The notes: a model not told the origin generated them from the letters alone. 64,000 nt of DNA from an uncultured Desulfatitalea sp. (GCA_963668675.2 CAXXMB010000002.1:1984001-2048000), one strand, 5' to 3'; numbered from the stretch's first letter, positions 51,000 through 60,348 are shown. Program-made: numbers and translations.

Positions 51000-51569
51000 A
51001 TGCGCATCATTGGCGGCGCTTTGCGAGGACGAAAACTCGGCACATTGCAGGGCCGATCCATACGCCCCACCTCCGACCGCGCAAAGGAGGCCCTCTTCAA
51101 CATCCTGGGCACACAAGCGGCGAATGCTGCCGTTCTCGACCTCTTTGCCGGAACGGGTGCACTGGGCATCGAAGCCCTGAGCCGAGGCGCAACGAATGTC
51201 GTTTTCATCGACAAGGCCCCCGCCAGCTTGAGCGTCCTGCGCAAAAATGTTGCGCTGTGCCATCTTCAGGAGCACAGCCGTGTCCTTCAGTGGGACATTG
51301 TTAAAAACCTGGAATGCCTGCGCGTCTATCACCGCACCTTCAATCTCGTCTTTATCGACCCGCCCTATGGACAAGGCATGATTGAACCGGCATTGCAGCA
51401 TCTGATGGCATCCGATGCGCTCGCAAAGAGCGCTTGCATCGTGGTCGAACAAGATACCCGCGAGACGCAACCCGCCCTGCCGTCGCTATTGAAGTGTGAG
51501 GATCAGCGCCGCTACGGTCACACCCGACTGACCTTTGTAAGCTTTGCCGGCGACCATATTGCATCTTGA
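51000..51569 (+). CDS. rsmD: 16S rRNA m2G966 methyltransferase
   Basis: MRIIGG..RG, RPT.DR.KE.LFN, LDLFAG.G.LG.EALSRGA, DPPY. Confidence 0.96.
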   Translation: MRIIGGALRGRKLGTLQGRSIRPTSDRAKEALFNILGTQAANAAVLDLFAGTGALGIEALSRGATNVVFIDKAPASLSVLRKNVALCHLQEHSRVLQWDIVKNLECLRVYHRTFNLVFIDPPYGQGMIEPALQHLMASDALAKSACIVVEQDTRETQPALPSLLKCEDQRRYGHTRLTFVSFAGDHIAS

Positions 51570-51647
51570 CGCTTTCCATGCTAGATAGGATTCCACGACA
51601 GGCAGACAGATCCTGGCTCACGCACCCGTTACATATGGAAGGGACTT

Positions 51648-52136
51648 ATGCAGAAAATTGCAGTCTACCCCGGCTCATTCGACCCGGTTACCTTCGGACA
51701 TATCGATATCGTTAAAAGAGGAAGAAAAGTTTTCGATCATATCATCGTCGCCATCCTGAACAACCCTGCTAAAAATGCACTTTTTTCGATAGATGAGCGT
51801 CTGGAAATGCTCAACCAATGCATGCAGGATATCCCCGGTCTCACCTTCGACTCGTTTGATGGACTTCTGGTCGACTATGTGAAAAGCAAGGGCGCCTGTG
51901 CCGTGCTGAGGGGAATGCGCGCCGTCTCCGATTTTGAGAAGGAGTTCCAGCTCGCCCTGATGAACCGCAAACTCAACAGGGATATCGAAACTGTCTTTTT
52001 AATGACCGGTATGCGCTGGTTCTTTACCAGCTCTTCCATCATCAAAGAGGCCGCCACCTTTGGCGGCGATATCTCCGACATGGTGCCGCCTTTGGTCAAC
52101 GAACGGGTGCGAGCCAAATACAAGCAACCCAAATAG
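51648..52136 (+). CDS. coaD: Pantetheine-phosphate adenylyltransferase
   Basis: YPGSFDPVT.GH, RG.RAVSDFE.E, SSS.IKE. Confidence 0.98.
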   Translation: MQKIAVYPGSFDPVTFGHIDIVKRGRKVFDHIIVAILNNPAKNALFSIDERLEMLNQCMQDIPGLTFDSFDGLLVDYVKSKGACAVLRGMRAVSDFEKEFQLALMNRKLNRDIETVFLMTGMRWFFTSSSIIKEAATFGGDISDMVPPLVNERVRAKYKQPK

Positions 52137-52153
52137 ATAAAACTCAATAACCG

Positions 52154-53050
52154 ATGGATTTATGGCAGCTAAAAATTTTCTGTAACGTTGTCGATCTGAA
52201 AAGCTTTTCCAAAGCAGGTGAGGCTGTCCATCTGTCACAGCCAACGGTTAGCAGCCATATCAAAGATCTGGAAGCCCATTTCGGCACTCAGCTCATCGAC
52301 CGTCTGGCCCGCAACGTATCAGCAACAAAAGCCGGAGAGCTGCTCTATGACTACGCCCAACGGTTGATCGCCCTGCAACACGAAACCGAATCAGCCATGG
52401 CAGAGTACATAGGCAACATCAAAGGTCGACTCACCGTTGGTGGAAGCACGATCCCCGGCGGCTATCTCCTCCCCCAACTCATCGGCGCCTTTTCCAAAAG
52501 CTATCCCGATGTGATCATCTCTCTGGTGGTGGCCGATACTTCGGAAATTCTGGAAAAAATCAGTTCGGGCGCCATCGAACTCGGTGTGGTCGGCGCAAGC
52601 GATGAGAGCAACCAACTGGAACAGACCCCGCTGGGCGAAGATGATTTATGCATCGTCGTTCCATCAGGGCACCGGTGGGCTGACCGGGACACCATCTCCA
52701 TATCGGAATTGACCGATGAACCGTTTATTGTGCGTGAAAGCGGTTCCGGAACGCTGCGCTCCATTGAACAGCATATTCACAAAGCAGGCTTCACCTTGAA
52801 TGACTTTCATGTTGTCGCTGAAATGGGAAGCACGGAGGCTGTCCGCCAAAGTATTAAAAGCAGTGTCGGCATCTCCATCTTGTCGGCCATTGCCGTGGCA
52901 GACGATGTCAAAGCGGGCACACTCAAAACGCTTGCCGTAGAAGGACTCCAACTCAAACGCCGCTTCTACCTTACCCGACACAAACACCGCACCCCCTCTC
53001 CCCTCTGCCGCACTTTCGTCGATTTTATAAAAGCGGCGAAGGCTGTTTGA
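52154..53050 (+). CDS. LysR family regulator (CysL-like)
   Basis: HTH SFSKA....LSQPTVS.HIK.LE, G.STIPG.YLLP, RE.GSGT. Confidence 0.93.
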   Translation: MDLWQLKIFCNVVDLKSFSKAGEAVHLSQPTVSSHIKDLEAHFGTQLIDRLARNVSATKAGELLYDYAQRLIALQHETESAMAEYIGNIKGRLTVGGSTIPGGYLLPQLIGAFSKSYPDVIISLVVADTSEILEKISSGAIELGVVGASDESNQLEQTPLGEDDLCIVVPSGHRWADRDTISISELTDEPFIVRESGSGTLRSIEQHIHKAGFTLNDFHVVAEMGSTEAVRQSIKSSVGISILSAIAVADDVKAGTLKTLAVEGLQLKRRFYLTRHKHRTPSPLCRTFVDFIKAAKAV

Positions 53051-53324
53051 ACAGCTCTCCCCAAAACGTACCCGTATGTAACTTGCCCTGACAAAGCGGG
53101 ATAGACGCCTTTAAATTTTAAAGCCAGCAATAGTCTTTAATGGCCGTTTGTTTACTTCGACTCGGATAAGGGTTATGCTATTAACAATAATGGTTTTATT
53201 GCATAATTTACGGGTTTCGTTAACGCCACCTACGGAGGCGAGTCCGATAGTTGTTGTATAACCTGTTCCCAATAAAGCGTATTGGGAGACATATCGAATC
53301 AACAGCCGAACAAGGCAGGTGAAT

Positions 53325-55493
53325 ATGAAAATCGCCTTTTCATCCAATGCAAAACTCGTTCTGGAAAAGCGCTATCTCGGCCGTGACGCTTCGGGAAAAA
53401 TCACTGAGACGCCGGAAGAGATGATGCAGCGTGTGGCCCGTCATGTGGCCGCCGGCGATCGGCCTTTTCAGTCTTCCCAATCCGTGGCGCGGACAGAGAA
53501 GGCCTTTTTCGATCTGCTCTCCAAGATGTGGTTCGTACCCAATTCGCCCACACTGATGAATGCCGGCCGTAGCCTGGGACAGTTAGCGGCCTGCTTTGTG
53601 CTGCCGGTGGACGACTCCATCGAAAGCATCTTCGATGCAGTCAAATACACGGCCATGATTCACAAGTCCGGCGGTGGAACAGGCTTCTCCTTCTCCAATA
53701 TCCGCCCGGCCAACGATACCGTGTCGACCACCACCGGCGTCTCCAGTGGCCCGCTTTCGTTCCTCACCGTATTCGATACAGCCACCGAAGCCGTCAAGCA
53801 AGGCGGCACACGCCGAGGGGCCAACATGGGCATTCTGCGGGTGGACCATCCCGATATCGAAGCGTTCATTGCCATCAAAAATCAACCGGGCTGCATGACC
53901 AATTTCAACCTGTCGGTGGCCGTGACCCAGACCTTCCTGGACGCACTCTCCAACGGTGAAGCGTATCAGTTGATCAACCCGCGATCCGGCGAGGCAGTCC
54001 GCAGTATCTCAGCCCAGCACATCTTCGACCTCATCGTACAGTCGGCCTGGGGCAGCGGCGAGCCCGGCATCGTCTTCATAGACCGCATCAACGAAGATAA
54101 CCCCACGCCCCATATCGGCACCATAGACGCCACCAACCCCTGCGGCGAACAACCACTACTCCCATGGGAATCATGCACCCTGGGCGCCATCAATCTCTCC
54201 AAAATGGTCACCGCCAAAGGGGTCATTTACAGCCGCTTGAAACGAACCGTTCACACGGCAGTCCATTTTCTGGACAATGTGATCGAGGTCAACCGCTATC
54301 CACTGCCGGAGATCAAAAACGCCACTCTGCAGACACGCAAAATAGGGTTGGGCGTCATGGGATTCGCCGACATGCTGATCCGTCTCTCGATCCCTTACGA
54401 TTCACAAGCCGCTGTGGATCAAGCCGAAAGCATCATGGCCTTCATCCACCGGGAAGCACGCAGCGCATCGGAAGAGCTGGGGCGTCGCCGGGGCAGCTTC
54501 CCGGCCTTCCAAGGCAGTTCTCTGGAGAGCAACGGACTCAACCGTAGGCGCAATGCCACCGTGACCACCATTGCGCCTACGGGCACCATCAGTATCATCG
54601 CTGGCACATCCAGCGGCATCGAACCCCTGTTTGCCGTCGCCCATGAGCGCCATGTCCTCGATGGTCAGGTGCTTACGGAGATGCACCCCCTCTTCGTCCA
54701 GACGGCCAAAAAGCAGGGTTTTTACTCCGAAGCACTGGTCCAGTCCGTGGCCAAAACAGGGTCTGTGCAAGGCAATGCGGCTGTCCCCGATGAGGTGCAG
54801 CGCCTCTTTCGCACCGCTCACGACATCGCCCCGCAGTGGCACGTCACGCTTCAGGCGGCGTTTCAGAAGCATACCGACAATGCCGTCTCCAAAACAGTGA
54901 ACTTTCCCGCGGAAGCCACCCCTGAGGAGGTGGCCCAGGTGTTTCTCTCCGCGGCCGAAAAGGGTTGCAAGGGAATTACCATCTACCGCGACGGCAGCCG
55001 TCTGCACCAGGTCCTCAATGTCGGACAGGAGCAAAAAGAGGGCGATCACATCGCCCCACGCCCGCGCCCCCAACGCACCTTCGGCCTCACCGAAAGGATC
55101 AGTACAGGGTGCGGCAAACTATACGTCACCATCAACTCTGACGAACAGGGGATGTGTGAGGTGTTTGCTCAGATGGGAAAAACCGGTGGGTGCGCCTCTT
55201 CTCAAATTGAGGCCGCCGGCCGCTTGATCTCACTGGCGTTACGTTCGGGGGTAGGACCGGAGGCGATTATCAAGCAGCTCAACGGAATCCGTTGTCCGTC
55301 GCCCATCTGGCAAAACGGCAAGATGGTGCTTTCGTGCCCGGATGCCATGGCGCAGGTGCTGCTGCGGGTGGCTGCGACCGAACCGGAAGTGTCTCGCCAA
55401 CCGGCCGGCTTCTGCCCGGATTGCGGGGGTGCATTGACACCCAGTGAGGGGTGCCTGAACTGCTACGCCTGTGGCTATTCCAAATGTGCCTGA
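53325..55493 (+). CDS. nrdJ: Class II (B12-dependent) ribonucleotide reductase with C-terminal TSCPD/zinc ribbon
   Basis: PNSPTLMNAG, ACFV, TNPCGEQPL, IAPTGT, YRDGSR, TGCG.LYV, SCPDA, terminal CPDC..CYACGYSKC. Confidence 0.95.
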   Translation: MKIAFSSNAKLVLEKRYLGRDASGKITETPEEMMQRVARHVAAGDRPFQSSQSVARTEKAFFDLLSKMWFVPNSPTLMNAGRSLGQLAACFVLPVDDSIESIFDAVKYTAMIHKSGGGTGFSFSNIRPANDTVSTTTGVSSGPLSFLTVFDTATEAVKQGGTRRGANMGILRVDHPDIEAFIAIKNQPGCMTNFNLSVAVTQTFLDALSNGEAYQLINPRSGEAVRSISAQHIFDLIVQSAWGSGEPGIVFIDRINEDNPTPHIGTIDATNPCGEQPLLPWESCTLGAINLSKMVTAKGVIYSRLKRTVHTAVHFLDNVIEVNRYPLPEIKNATLQTRKIGLGVMGFADMLIRLSIPYDSQAAVDQAESIMAFIHREARSASEELGRRRGSFPAFQGSSLESNGLNRRRNATVTTIAPTGTISIIAGTSSGIEPLFAVAHERHVLDGQVLTEMHPLFVQTAKKQGFYSEALVQSVAKTGSVQGNAAVPDEVQRLFRTAHDIAPQWHVTLQAAFQKHTDNAVSKTVNFPAEATPEEVAQVFLSAAEKGCKGITIYRDGSRLHQVLNVGQEQKEGDHIAPRPRPQRTFGLTERISTGCGKLYVTINSDEQGMCEVFAQMGKTGGCASSQIEAAGRLISLALRSGVGPEAIIKQLNGIRCPSPIWQNGKMVLSCPDAMAQVLLRVAATEPEVSRQPAGFCPDCGGALTPSEGCLNCYACGYSKCA

Positions 55494-55514
55494 AAGGACT
55501 TTAAGAAGCGTTTG

Positions 55515-56249
55515 TTAGCGAGAATCGCTTTTCTTTGGCTTTTTTGCTCGATCGGCCACGGACATCTGCCCCATCACCGCTCCCACAACGGAGGCCACAG
55601 CCGCATCGACACTCATGTTCGCGGTATTGATGATCATGTCGTAGTGAACCGGATCGACGATATCCGCATTGAACGACTGGCGGACGAAAGCACGTCGCCT
55701 GTTTTCGCGAATCAGCACACGCTTTTTGGCGATGTCGGTGGGAACGCGAAAACGGTGGGCCACGTTTTCGATGCGCAGCTCAATCGGCGCAACCACGCGA
55801 ACGGCAAATCGATCCTTGGGGGGAATGATAAAATTGGCGCCCCGGCCTACAATCACCGCATTGCCATGTTTGCCGATAGTACCGACCACCTTCATCAGGG
55901 CGTTCAGGTAGATGCCGGGATGGATATATTGGTCCTTGATGACGGATGCAATAAAGTCCTGAACGCCTGAAAGGCGCTCTTTTTCGAGGGAGTCGACAAC
56001 CGCCGTGCTGATACGGGCGCTTTCGGCTATTTTGTGCATCATGTCGCGGTGAAAAAAATCGAAATCGAGTTGCTTGGCAATCTGTTCTGCAATGATACAG
56101 CCCCCGCTTCCCGGTTCCATGCAGAGCGTGATAACGGGTATTTTGGCCCTCTTTTTCTTTTCGTCGGCCGAATATAGCTTCTGCCACTTCTTGATCTGTT
56201 GATTGACAAACTCCTCTACGGAGATCTGATCGCGATCCACTTTTCCCAT
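55515..56249 (-). CDS. Cytidylate kinase-like family protein
   Basis: VIT....GSGG..IA..IA..L, VIVGRGANFI, VR.VAP...R, YD..INT. Confidence 0.88.
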   Translation of the reverse strand: MGKVDRDQISVEEFVNQQIKKWQKLYSADEKKKRAKIPVITLCMEPGSGGCIIAEQIAKQLDFDFFHRDMMHKIAESARISTAVVDSLEKERLSGVQDFIASVIKDQYIHPGIYLNALMKVVGTIGKHGNAVIVGRGANFIIPPKDRFAVRVVAPIELRIENVAHRFRVPTDIAKKRVLIRENRRRAFVRQSFNADIVDPVHYDMIINTANMSVDAAVASVVGAVMGQMSVADRAKKPKKSDSR

Positions 56250-56400
56250 AATAGAACCTCTTTGCCGCATGCATCGGCCCCTTCAGCATAGATGCGGCAT
56301 TAAAAATTGAATGAGGCCAAATAGCCCCATTTATATTTCCTCATCCAAGATGTCAATCAATTAACGGCGGCTTTGACGCCTCGCAGGCGACAGCATCGGA

Positions 56401-56976
56401 TCAATGTTCGAAAGAATTCATCCAAGACTGCACAAATTGATTGTGATCTTGGTCCGTTATTACTTTGGGGAGCTTTTCCTGAGCCAAATCGACAGCCATG
56501 TCGATAAGTTCGGCGCGAATGCGAACAGCGGCATCACGCACCAATGCGTCTATTTTCTGCCTGGCCGACGCCATCATGAGAGCACTCTCATTCTGAGCTT
56601 CCCCGATCAAGGCCTCTTTGCGCCGGTGCCCCTCGGCAATGATCTTTTCCTTAATCAGCGCCAAACGCTCCTGTCCGGCGTCGAGTTCGATTTGGGTATC
56701 ATTGATCTTGTTTTGGATATCGCGTTTTCGATCCTCCAACGCTTGAATGGTATGGCGAACCTCCGCCCTTTTATCCTTCAGGAAACTGATAATCGGCCTG
56801 CGTGCAAATTTGACAATCAGACCGGTGAGGATAAAAAAATTGACCCAAAGAATGATCAGATCATAGGTCTGCCTCGTAAACTCAATGGGGCCTGCCGCCC
56901 AAGCCAAGCTGCCGGCGCCAAAGAAAACCACTGCGGTGATAGTTAGAGCTCTGAGAGGTTGGCTTAAACGTCCCAT
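56401..56976 (-). CDS. atpF: ATP synthase F0 subunit b
   Basis: Extra N-terminal hydrophobic segment, then VNF.IL..L...F...PI..FL..KR and a long coiled coil. Confidence 0.85.
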   Translation of the reverse strand: MGRLSQPLRALTITAVVFFGAGSLAWAAGPIEFTRQTYDLIILWVNFFILTGLIVKFARRPIISFLKDKRAEVRHTIQALEDRKRDIQNKINDTQIELDAGQERLALIKEKIIAEGHRRKEALIGEAQNESALMMASARQKIDALVRDAAVRIRAELIDMAVDLAQEKLPKVITDQDHNQFVQSWMNSFEH

Positions 56977-56978
56977 TA

Positions 56979-57434
56979 TCAAGCCTCCAGCTTGCGATCC
57001 AGCAGCAGAGCGATCATCCTGTCCGCTACTGCACCTGCCTCTTTCTTGGCCTCCGTCAATGCAACGTCCAATTTATCAGCGGTTTCCTTCTGGGCCGCTG
57101 ATTTCATGGCGTTGATCTCCTCTTTGGTCCGGGCGATCATATCCATGGCCGCCTTTTGTCCGACCGCTTCAATTTCATCTCTTATTTTTTGCGCCGTGTC
57201 GCGGGCTTCCAGCTCCCGGCTCCTGATCTCCTCTCGGATCTGATCGTACTCCTCCCCCGCCTCTTCAATCTCTTCGTTCAGCCGCAGCAGAAAAAACTGC
57301 CGCTCTTGCATGACCCGATCCAACGGCCGGATCATGATGCGATGGATGATGAACAAAAAGAGCAGAAACGACAGCAGTTGGAACACCACGGTCGCATTGA
57401 TCGTAATCAGGGCTATGGTTTCAACGACTTCCAT
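56979..57434 (-). CDS. atpF: ATP synthase F0 subunit b'
   Basis: INAT...QL..FL..LF.......RP...VM.ER followed by a coiled coil. Confidence 0.85.
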   Translation of the reverse strand: MEVVETIALITINATVVFQLLSFLLFLFIIHRIMIRPLDRVMQERQFFLLRLNEEIEEAGEEYDQIREEIRSRELEARDTAQKIRDEIEAVGQKAAMDMIARTKEEINAMKSAAQKETADKLDVALTEAKKEAGAVADRMIALLLDRKLEA

Positions 57435-57469
57435 ATTCGGTTTGCTCGCAAAGTGATTGGCTGGAGCCG

Positions 57470-57718
57470 TTAAACGACAAATAGAAGCAGCAGTGCAACG
57501 ACCAGGGAGTAGATGCCGGTGGACTCGGAAACGGCCTGTCCCACCAGCATGGTGCGGGTCAGCAATCCTGCCTCTTTCGGGTTTTTACCAATGGCCTCAC
57601 ACGCCTTGGCGGCAACCATACCTTCGCCGACGCCAGGGCCGATGGCGCCTAAACCCATGGAGATACCGGCACCCAATAGTGCCGCAGCTTTGATGAGATC
57701 TGCACCTTCGATTGCCAT
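57470..57718 (-). CDS. atpE: ATP synthase F0 subunit c, single hairpin, Na+-binding signature
   Basis: GxGxGxGxG inner helix; P28, E32, E65, S66, T67, Y70 (GPGVGEG ... GQAVSESTGIY). Confidence 0.96.
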   Translation of the reverse strand: MAIEGADLIKAAALLGAGISMGLGAIGPGVGEGMVAAKACEAIGKNPKEAGLLTRTMLVGQAVSESTGIYSLVVALLLLFVV

Positions 57719-57797
57719 ACGAACCTCCGGGCCCCGCTATGCGGGGTAGCTAAAGTTTACCTGTTGTAAAAACGTCGAAAAACCAACCTTCAATCGT

Positions 57798-58772
57798 CTA
57801 TATGACGAAAATAAGCACCAAACTCACCACCATTGCGTAAATGGCGGTGGACTGGGAAACCGCCTGCCCTACCAGCATGATTCTCATAAGATCGGCGGCA
57901 TTCTCCGTGTTGCGGGCCACCCAGCGCACAGCACCCCGGGCCACCTCACCGTTGCCGACCCCCGGCCCGATGCCCCCGAACCCCATGCAGATCCCGGCCG
58001 ATAGCAGTGCGATAGCCGGGCTCAGGGCCTGAGACTCAGGAAAAGATTTGAATATCAGGACAAAACTGATCAGCAGTCCGAAGATTGAAGAGGTCTGTGC
58101 AACGGCCTGCCCCACCAGCATGGTGGTCGTGACATTGCCTACGGAGTTGGGATTTCGGGCCACCCCTTCACAACTGGCGCCCGCCGCCAAACCACCGCCA
58201 TACCCCGACCCGATGGCGGCCAGCCCCGTGCTGAGACCGGCGCCGATCACCGCTCCCCATCCGGGCTGGAACGGTATATCCTTGAACTGCATGAACAACA
58301 GCAGCAGAGAGACCACCATGGATAAAATAGCCGGTGTCTGGCATACGGCCGATCCGATCAGCATGTTGGTCGTCAGACGCGTCGATGCCAAGGGCTGGCG
58401 GGCGATCCCCAGGCAGGTCTCGGCAGCCGGGAACCCGGAACCGATCCCCGATCCCAGGGCGCCGAAGCCCATACACATACCGGCGCCCATCAGAGAGGCC
58501 GCCTGGATATAACCTGCCGACGGCGTCTCGAGAAATAGCAGAAGGATGGCAACGACAAGGGCGAAAATTGAGGCCGATTCCGCCACCGCCTGCCCAACCA
58601 GCATGTTCTTGAAGATGTCGCCCGAAAGTTGCGGGTTGCGGGATACGGCCATGTTGGCCTGGGCTGCGGTGTATCCCTCGCCGATGGCCGCGCCCAGGGC
58701 ACCCATGCCCATGGCGAACCCGCCCCCAGCGAAAGCTGCAATTCTCATTGCCGATAAAGCGTCCATGTCCAT
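57798..58772 (-). CDS. atpE: ATP synthase F0 subunit c, four-hairpin fusion (8 TM)
   Basis: Four tandem c-subunit repeats with loops RNP/RQP/RNP/RNT and outer-helix motifs GQAVAES, GSAVCQT, GQAVAQT, GQAVSQS. Confidence 0.93.
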   Translation of the reverse strand: MDMDALSAMRIAAFAGGGFAMGMGALGAAIGEGYTAAQANMAVSRNPQLSGDIFKNMLVGQAVAESASIFALVVAILLLFLETPSAGYIQAASLMGAGMCMGFGALGSGIGSGFPAAETCLGIARQPLASTRLTTNMLIGSAVCQTPAILSMVVSLLLLFMQFKDIPFQPGWGAVIGAGLSTGLAAIGSGYGGGLAAGASCEGVARNPNSVGNVTTTMLVGQAVAQTSSIFGLLISFVLIFKSFPESQALSPAIALLSAGICMGFGGIGPGVGNGEVARGAVRWVARNTENAADLMRIMLVGQAVSQSTAIYAMVVSLVLIFVI

Positions 58773-58775
58773 CGT

Positions 58776-59449
58776 CTATTTCACCTGAACCGATATGTAG
58801 ACCACAGTGAGCATGGTGAACACAAAGGCCTGAATGGTTCCAACAAAGAGCCCGAAAAAGGCGTTTAACAGCGGCGGCAGTACGATGCTGTAAGTCAAAT
58901 AGGAAACGACGGTTATGATGATCGAGCCGCCCATGATGTTTCCGAAAAGCCGGAAGGAGATGGAGACCACTTTGGCCAGCTCACCGATAACATTCAGGGG
59001 CATCATAAAAAACATCGGTTGGAAATACTCTTTGGCATAATGTTTAAAGCCTTTGGACTTGATACCGGCGTAATGTGCGATGACAAACCCCATCAAGCCA
59101 AGACTGAGCGGCGTATTGAGATCCTTGGTGGGCTCGTGCAGATGGGGTATGATGCCAAGCCAGTTGCAAAGCACCAGAAACATGAAGAGGGCACAAATCA
59201 ACGGGGCATAGGTTTGCGCCAGGTACTTGCCCATGGCATCCTCGGTCAGTTCGTACAACTTGGAGACGAGCAGCTCCCGATAATCTGAAAACGGTTGGGG
59301 ACCATGGCGCGCCTGGACGAGCAGAGCCATCCGAACACGATCAGCACGACAATGACGATCCAGGTCATAATCATCACTTCAATATTCAACCGAATCGGAT
59401 ATCCGGCGATGTGGAATACAAGCTGATGAATTTTACCAAGCTCTTCCAT
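58776..59449 (-). pseudogene. atpB: ATP synthase F0 subunit a, split by a 1-nt frameshift (real lesion or sequencing error)
   Basis: N-terminus MEELGK...VPNRFQIIG is in one frame; ELLVSKL...PTKDLN...SISFRLFGNI...IQAFVFTMLT is in another. One extra G at 59276-59278 restores a 224-aa protein. Confidence 0.85.
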
Positions 59450-59463
59450 GGCAGCCTTCGGCC

Positions 59464-59841
59464 CTAATCCCTTCTGAAAACCATCTTGGTGAAATGCTCT
59501 CCCACAAGTACCGCCTGCACCATGAACAAACCCGCTGCAGCAGCGATGAAATTGACCGCATCCATCTGGATCGCGATCACCAGGGGAACCGCAAGCAGAA
59601 TATATCTCGACCCGATACTGCCTAAATTGATCAATACGGACTGGCGCCGGCTTTTATCAAGGCGCAGGGGCAGCAGCATCGCCATCACAACGAAATTGAA
59701 GACGCTGAAAAGGGTTCCCAGGACCAGCCCCTTGGCAACCGGTTTGGCGCCGATCGCCAGAAACACCAAGGCGGCGATGATGGCCAGCGCCATGGCCCTG
59801 GAACAGTATTTTTTTTGAATTTCTTTGGTATCCGTCATCAT
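59464..59841 (-). CDS. atpI: ATP synthase protein I (AtpI-like, 4 TM)
   Basis: About 125 aa hydrophobic protein with G...G...S..NF and RY motifs, directly upstream of atpB. Confidence 0.82.
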   Translation of the reverse strand: MMTDTKEIQKKYCSRAMALAIIAALVFLAIGAKPVAKGLVLGTLFSVFNFVVMAMLLPLRLDKSRRQSVLINLGSIGSRYILLAVPLVIAIQMDAVNFIAAAAGLFMVQAVLVGEHFTKMVFRRD

Positions 59842-59851
59842 CGGAAAGCGC

Positions 59852-60076
59852 TTATTTCCTCTCCTCGTCTTTCAGAACCTCTTTGATCTGACGATAAGCG
59901 ACGTTGATGCCGCCGGCCACCCCCAGTAAGGTGAAGATGGCGATGAAGATACCGCGCGTGCCCAACCAGCGATCGAGATAGAGTCCAATGAAGAAGCACA
60001 AAACAATACAGCCGGCAATGGTTAGGCCGAATTGCATCACGATATATACCTGACCCATCCAGTAGCTCTTTTTCAT
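59852..60076 (-). CDS. atpZ: AtpZ/AtpQ (ATPase gene 1) family protein
   Basis: G..IG.YLDRWLGT...F......LG..GG pattern. Confidence 0.85.
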   Translation of the reverse strand: MKKSYWMGQVYIVMQFGLTIAGCIVLCFFIGLYLDRWLGTRGIFIAIFTLLGVAGGINVAYRQIKEVLKDEERK

Positions 60077-60348
60077 GGAATCAAAAAGCGTCGATGGTTC
60101 GCGGGTCTGGCTTCCTTCTCCACCATTGCCGGCATGTCATTTTTCATTCACGTAATGGCGCAGGTTAAGCGGCCCCGTGCGGTAACCCGAAACCCAGCCG
60201 TGATAGCCAGCCAATATGTTTCGATCATGCAGTTGGAGTTTTGAATTTTAAACCGGATTTGACGCAAGTGCACACCGTCTCTGGCTAAAGGGTTGGATGA
60301 TCTCTCTGGCAAAACGGCTAACAACGGATTTAACACGAGTAATGATTA

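Noticed and set aside
59246..59449. 67-aa ORF as an independent gene
   Set aside because: It is the N-terminal part of the frameshifted atpB.
56401..60076. Calling the atp cluster an N-ATPase
   Set aside because: There is no atpD/C upstream and no atpA/G downstream. It has two separate b subunits rather than one long b.
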